Below are positions 59,020 through 64,000 of a stretch of DNA of 64,000 nucleotides, piece after piece. Position 1 is the stretch's first letter, and every line of letters begins with the position of its first letter. The notes below the pieces were generated by a model that saw only the letters and a list, made by a program, of their open reading frames with translations, was not told the DNA's origin and searched no databases. Source of the DNA: a bacterium (lineage in GTDB: Bacteria; Electryoneota; Electryoneia; Electryoneales; Electryoneaceae); contig CAXXKJ010000002.1 in assembly GCA_963675295.2 (NCBI GenBank), positions 3,584,001 to 3,648,000 on the forward strand, read 5' to 3'. A program made the translations under genes and the position numbers.

Positions 59020-62000
59020 TCAGCCGACGGTCTCCAGCCGCAGGTTGCCTTCGCCAAGCAGCTCTTCGACCGCCTTGATGAACTCGTGGTGCGGGTTGAC
59101 CTTGTAGCGTTCGCTGGTCATCACCCAGCGGCCACCGTCGCCATTGTGGAAGTGGATTTTCAGCGCCACCCCACCCGGATTGTCGCGGAGAATCTTTTCG
59201 AGGTCGAACATCGCCTGCGCGTCCCGGTCGCTGTCCCAGCGGATTCTCACCGCGCGGATCAGGCGTTTCGTCGCGACTTCCAGCGCTTCCATGTCCTCAA
59301 CGATCAGCTCGACCTGTTCCTGCTGAATCTTCACCTTGCCGGCGATCAGGAACGGTTCATCATCCTTCATCACTTCGCGGACCTTCTCGAATGCGCGCGG
59401 GAAGATCAGAACCGGGATAATGCCGGTGAGGTCCTCGAGCTTGGCCCGCGCCATCATGTCGCCGTTCCGGGTCTGGCGTTTCTCGATCGAGTTGAGCAGG
59501 CCAACGAGTCGCAGCGAGGTGCCGTCCTGCAATTCGGGCAGGTCGACGATTTTGTGCATCGAAAGCGCGTCTGCTTCGAGACGGTAGCGTAACAAGGGAT
59601 GTCCTGAGAAGTAGAAGCCGAGCCGTTCGCGTTCGGCGGTGAGCAGATCCTTGACACTCATTTCCGGCGCGTGCGGCATTTCCGGGCGTGGCAGGCCGCC
59701 CATGTCATCATCGTCACCTTCATCGCCGCCGCCGAACAGGCTCACCTGCCCGCGCGCCTTCTCTTCCTGCAGCTGACGGCCATAGGTCATCGCGCGTTCG
59801 ACGCACTGGTACTGCTGGTTGCGGTGACCGTCCAGCTCACGTGCCGCCCCGGCGAGGATCAGGTTTTCGAGCACCGCCCGGGTGACCATGCGGTTGTCGA
59901 TCCGTCCCGCGAGGTCAAACAGGTCGCGGAAGGTGCCACCGGAATCGCGTGCGCCGAGGATGTTCTGGATCGCGCCGGAGCCGACGCCCTTGATCGCGGT
60001 GAGGCCGAAGCGCACCTCGCCGTTTTCGGTGACGGTAAAGTCTTCTTCCGACTCGTTGATGTTCGGCGGCAGCACTGGAATGCCCATGCGGCGGCATTCC
60101 TCGAGGAACAGTACGACTTCGTCCGTGTTGTCCTTGCGGCTCGTCATCGACGCCGCCATGAACTCGGCCGGGAAGTGCGTTTTCAGATAGCCGGTCTGAT
60201 AGGCGACCAGCGAATAGCCTGCGGCGTGGGACTTGTTGAAGCCGTAGGACGCGAACTTCTCGATCAACGCCCACAGCTCCATCGCTTTGGACCTGTCGAG
60301 GCCGGATTCGCGGCAACCGTCGATGAACTCGGGCATCATCTCGTTCATCAACCTCAGCTTCTTCTTGCCCATCGCACGGCGCAGCAAGTCGGCTCGACCG
60401 AGGCTGAAGCCAGCGATCTGGTTCGCGATCTGCATCACTTGTTCCTGGTAGACGATGATGCCGTACGTCTCGTCCAGGATCGGCGCCAGTTTCGGATGCA
60501 GGTAGGTGACTTTCTGGCGGCCGTGTTTACGCGCGATGAAGTCGTCGATGTTCGCCATCGGACCCGGGCGGTAAAGCGCGTTCATCGCGATCAGGTCTTC
60601 CAACCGTTCCGGCTGCAGCTTGCGCAGGTTCTCCCGCATGCCGCCTGATTCAAACTGGAAGATGCCGATGGTATCACCGCGGGCGAACAGATCGTAGGTC
60701 GGCTTGTCGTCAACGGGGATCTCATCCAGCTCCAGCTCGACGCCTTTCTTCCGGATCAACGCGAGCGCGTTCTCGAGAATCGTCAGCGTTTTCAACCCGA
60801 GGAAGTCGACCTTGAGCAGCCCCAGCGCTTCGGAGTTGTTCATGTCGAACTGGACGACGACACCCTGATCACCGGCCTTGCTCAACGGGGCAAATTCGGT
60901 GATCGGCTCGGGGGTGATGATGACACCGGCGGCGTGCACGCCCTGGTTGCGCACGGTGCCCTCAAGGGTCAGCGCGCGGTCCATCAGCTCTCGATATTCC
61001 GGCCTCGAGTCGATCAACTCCCGCAGTTCCGGCACTTCCTTCAGCGCTTCGTTCAGCTTCTTCGCCTTGCCCTGCACGGGGTCGGGAATCAGCTTCGCGA
61101 TGGCGTTGACCTCGTCCAGGGGGAGTGCCATCACCCGGCCAACGTCCCGGATCACCTGCTTCGACAGCATGCGGCCGAAGGTGATGATCTGCGAAACACA
61201 GTCCGCGCCGTACTTCTTGCGCACATATTCGATCACTTCCCCACGGCGGGCGTCGGAGAAGTCAACGTCGATATCGGGGTAGGATTCACGTTCCGGGTTG
61301 ATGAACCGTTCGAACAGCAGGTTGTAGCGCATCGGGTCGATGTTCGTGATCCCGATGAGGTACGAGACCAGCGACCCCGCCGCGCTGCCACGCCCCGGCC
61401 CGACCGGGATCAGGCGTTCCTTGGCGAACATGATGAAGTCGCGCACGATCAGGAAATACGACGACAGGTGCTTGGTCTGGATGATGTCGAGCTCGAATTC
61501 CATCCGCTGGTAGAGGTCGTCCGTGACCTCGTCGTAGCGCTCCGGCAGCCCTTCCTCGCACAGCATCCGCAAATACTCGAAGTCGTCCGAGACATCGGCG
61601 TCGGTGGGAATGGTGAACTCGGGGAAGTGCTTCTCACCGAACTTGAGCTCGAAGTCGATCTTGTTCGCGATCTCAAGCGTATTCGAGATGGCTTCGGGCA
61701 CATCCGCGAACAACGCCTGCATTTCCTCCGGGGATTTGAAGTAGTACTGGTCCCCGGGCAATTTCGGGCGCGACGGGTTGTTGATGTCGGTGCGCATGCC
61801 GACGCAACGTAGCACGTCATGCGCCTCGGCGTGTTCCTGCTTCAGGTAATGGACGTGGTTCGATGCGACCACCGGAATGCCCAGTTCCTTGCCCAGCTCG
61901 ATGTGGAATTGGTTGTTGCGTTTCTCGTCGTCGAGCTGATGGTCCATCAGTTCGAGGTAGAAGTCGTCGCCGAACAGTTCACGCAGCCGCAGGACGACAT

Positions 62001-62475
62001 TGCGCGCTTCGTCTTCCTTGCCCAGCGACAGCATGCGGTTCGCGTGGCTGAGCGGCGATCCGGAGAGGCAGATCAGGCCTTCGTGATGCTTCACCAGCAG
62101 TTCATAGTCGATGCGCGGTTTGTAGTAAAAACCCTGCAGGTAGGCCTTGGACGACAGCTTCATCAGGTTGCGCCAGCCGGTGGAATTCTTGACCAGCAGC
62201 GGCAGATGGTACAGGGTCGGGATGCGACCGTGCATGTCCGGCCCATGATCCTTGCGGTTGCCTTCGATGACGAAGAATTCGGCGCCGAGGATCGGTTTGA
62301 CGCCGGCCCTTTGCATCGCCTGGAAGAATTCCGGCGCGCCGCAGAGGTTGCCGTAGTCGGTCAGCGCGACGGCCGGCAGTTGCATCCGTTCCGCTTCCTC
62401 GGCCAGTTCCTTGATGTGGATGGTGGCTTCGAGGAAGCTGTATTCGCTGTGAACGTGCAGATGGGCAAAGCTCAT
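59020..62475 (-). CDS. dnaE: DNA polymerase III alpha subunit
   Basis: HLHVHSEYS PHP, GPGRGSAAGS, PDIDVDF, GLLKVDFLGL, YGFNKSHA. Confidence 0.98.
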   Translation of the reverse strand: MSFAHLHVHSEYSFLEATIHIKELAEEAERMQLPAVALTDYGNLCGAPEFFQAMQRAGVKPILGAEFFVIEGNRKDHGPDMHGRIPTLYHLPLLVKNSTGWRNLMKLSSKAYLQGFYYKPRIDYELLVKHHEGLICLSGSPLSHANRMLSLGKEDEARNVVLRLRELFGDDFYLELMDHQLDDEKRNNQFHIELGKELGIPVVASNHVHYLKQEHAEAHDVLRCVGMRTDINNPSRPKLPGDQYYFKSPEEMQALFADVPEAISNTLEIANKIDFELKFGEKHFPEFTIPTDADVSDDFEYLRMLCEEGLPERYDEVTDDLYQRMEFELDIIQTKHLSSYFLIVRDFIMFAKERLIPVGPGRGSAAGSLVSYLIGITNIDPMRYNLLFERFINPERESYPDIDVDFSDARRGEVIEYVRKKYGADCVSQIITFGRMLSKQVIRDVGRVMALPLDEVNAIAKLIPDPVQGKAKKLNEALKEVPELRELIDSRPEYRELMDRALTLEGTVRNQGVHAAGVIITPEPITEFAPLSKAGDQGVVVQFDMNNSEALGLLKVDFLGLKTLTILENALALIRKKGVELELDEIPVDDKPTYDLFARGDTIGIFQFESGGMRENLRKLQPERLEDLIAMNALYRPGPMANIDDFIARKHGRQKVTYLHPKLAPILDETYGIIVYQEQVMQIANQIAGFSLGRADLLRRAMGKKKLRLMNEMMPEFIDGCRESGLDRSKAMELWALIEKFASYGFNKSHAAGYSLVAYQTGYLKTHFPAEFMAASMTSRKDNTDEVVLFLEECRRMGIPVLPPNINESEEDFTVTENGEVRFGLTAIKGVGSGAIQNILGARDSGGTFRDLFDLAGRIDNRMVTRAVLENLILAGAARELDGHRNQQYQCVERAMTYGRQLQEEKARGQVSLFGGGDEGDDDDMGGLPRPEMPHAPEMSVKDLLTAERERLGFYFSGHPLLRYRLEADALSMHKIVDLPELQDGTSLRLVGLLNSIEKRQTRNGDMMARAKLEDLTGIIPVLIFPRAFEKVREVMKDDEPFLIAGKVKIQQEQVELIVEDMEALEVATKRLIRAVRIRWDSDRDAQAMFDLEKILRDNPGGVALKIHFHNGDGGRWVMTSERYKVNPHHEFIKAVEELLGEGNLRLETVG

Positions 62476-62579
62476 CGGGTTCTGGTATCGTAAAGGTTGA
62501 CGAAGATGTCCGGTGATGTCGCGGCGTCCCTATAGGACGCAAAAACGTCGGAAAATCGAGAAAATGTCTGGTGTTCGTC

Positions 62580-62798
62580 GTTCGTGTGGTTGAAACCACA
62601 CGCTAACCACCTCACACCGCTACGCGGTGGTTCAACCAGCCTGGAGATGTAGGTCCCGCCTTGTTCGTGTGGTTGAAACCACACGCTAACCACCCTTCAC
62701 CGCTACGCGGTGGTTCAACCAGCCTGGAGATGTAGGTCCCGCCTTGTTCGTGTGGTTGAAACCACACGCTAACCACCTCACACCGCTACGCGGTGGTT
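62580..62798. repeat. 83-bp tandem repeat (~2.6 copies) with two palindromes (REP/REPIN-like)
   Basis: CGTGTGGTT-GA-AACCACACG and ACCGC-TAC-GCGGT recur with an 83-bp period (62581, 62664, 62747). Confidence 0.9.
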
Positions 62799-62861
62799 GA
62801 GGTCCGTTGTGTCCGTTACGTCTTTTGCATCAGTTGCGTCAGTTGCGTCAGTTGCGTCCGC

Positions 62862-64000
62862 CTACTCACTCTTCCGTTCAATCACCGCCCCGAGCGCGCG
62901 CAACTTGTCTTCCAGTTTTTCGTAGCCACGGTCGAGATGATAGATCCGGCTGATGTGCGTTTCGCCCTGCGCCGCCAATCCGGCCAGGACGAGACACGCC
63001 GACGCGCGCAGATCAGTGGACATCACCGGCGCACCCTTCAGCTTGGACGGTCCCTGCACTTTGGCGACATTCTCCTTCATCGTCACTTTCGCGCCCAGCC
63101 GCATCAGCTCGGCGACGTGCGTGAAACGGTCCGGATAGATGGTATCGGTGACGAAACTGGCACCGTTCGCTGTCGCCATCAACGCGATCCACTGCGCCTG
63201 CATGTCGGTCGCGAAACCCGGGTAGACAGCGGTTTCGACGTCCACCGGACGTAGTTCACCGTTGTGCTTGACCCGGATGCCATCCACGGTGACGGTCACA
63301 TGCAGCCCCGCCTCAACCGACTTGGCAATCACCATCGTCAGGTGTTCCGGCTCCGCGCCCTTGAGCACGATTTCTCCGCCGGTCATTCCCACTGCCGCGA
63401 GGTACGTTCCCGCCTCGATACGATCCGGGATCACCGCCTGCTGGACGGGTTTCAGGTCACGGGTACCAACGATCCGCAAGGTGCTGGTGCCGGTGCCCTC
63501 GATGGTCGCGCCCATCTGCTGCAGCATGCGCACCAGGGCGGTGACTTCCGGCTCACGGGCGACATTGTCGAGGATCGTTTCCTCGGGAATCGTCGCCGCC
63601 ACAAGCAGCAGGTTTACCGTTGCGCCAACACTGGGAAAGCTTAATACGAAGTTGGTGCCGTGGATGATGGATGCGTCCGCGACGACGTAGCCCTCATCGA
63701 GGTCGATGCTAACCCCCATCGCCTCGAAGCCCTTCATGTGGATGTCTACCGGTCGCGGGCCCCAAGCACAGCCACCAGGCAACGAGACCTTGCCCTTGCG
63801 CAAGCGTCCGATCAACGCCCCGAGGGCGTAAAACGACGCGCGCATCGTTTTCACCAGCTCGTACGGCGCGGTGTCGGAGGTCAAGTTGGCGGCATCCAGC
63901 GACATCGTGCCGGCGTCCCGGTCGAACTCCACCTCGAGGCCGAGGTTGGCGAGTACGCGGCCCATCGTGCCGACGTCCACGAGCCGCGGAACGTTGCTCA
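62862..64000 (-). CDS. murA: UDP-N-acetylglucosamine 1-carboxyvinyltransferase, 5'-truncated by window edge
   Basis: TMRAS, LPGGCAWGPRPVDIH, SVGAT, PDRIEAGT, TDLRA, HLDRGYE. Confidence 0.97.
   Translation of the reverse strand, partial: SNVPRLVDVGTMGRVLANLGLEVEFDRDAGTMSLDAANLTSDTAPYELVKTMRASFYALGALIGRLRKGKVSLPGGCAWGPRPVDIHMKGFEAMGVSIDLDEGYVVADASIIHGTNFVLSFPSVGATVNLLLVAATIPEETILDNVAREPEVTALVRMLQQMGATIEGTGTSTLRIVGTRDLKPVQQAVIPDRIEAGTYLAAVGMTGGEIVLKGAEPEHLTMVIAKSVEAGLHVTVTVDGIRVKHNGELRPVDVETAVYPGFATDMQAQWIALMATANGASFVTDTIYPDRFTHVAELMRLGAKVTMKENVAKVQGPSKLKGAPVMSTDLRASACLVLAGLAAQGETHISRIYHLDRGYEKLEDKLRALGAVIERKSE

Noticed and set aside
62580-62798. Possible CRISPR array
   Set aside because: Sequence between the palindromes is repeated rather than unique; it is a tandem repeat

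Overview
High-GC bacterial chromosome, probably FCB-superphylum-like, inferred from six secreted proteins ending in a YPNPFN-type (T9SS/Por-like) C-terminal sorting domain. The backbone is mostly housekeeping: ABC exporter, ogt, sufE, tig-clpP-clpX-lon, hicAB, rsmE, trxB, a sigma54 activator module, PadR/RDD, DUF151, lexA, dtd, dnaE and murA, with several REP-like and heptamer repeats between genes. The main accessory feature is an ~18 kb element integrated in tRNA-Leu(TAG), bounded by 55-bp att duplications at 14117-14171 and 32205-32259. It has a tyrosine integrase at one end, a P4/D5-type primase-helicase at the other, and no recognisable capsid or conjugation genes. Its most striking gene (15488-18418) fuses a spore-photoproduct-lyase-like radical SAM domain to an MCM-like OB/AAA+/wHTH module. 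That gene is divergent from an operon of DUF932, an Fe-S Cas4/AddB-like nuclease (apparently ATC-initiated), an SSB-like protein and a 33-aa peptide. This is my best candidate for an undescribed DNA scanning, modification or defence system. The element also carries FG-GAP secreted cargo, an IS3-family element that joins two truncated genes, a structured leader RNA and iteron-like repeats. All family calls come from motif recognition by eye; no database search was run.
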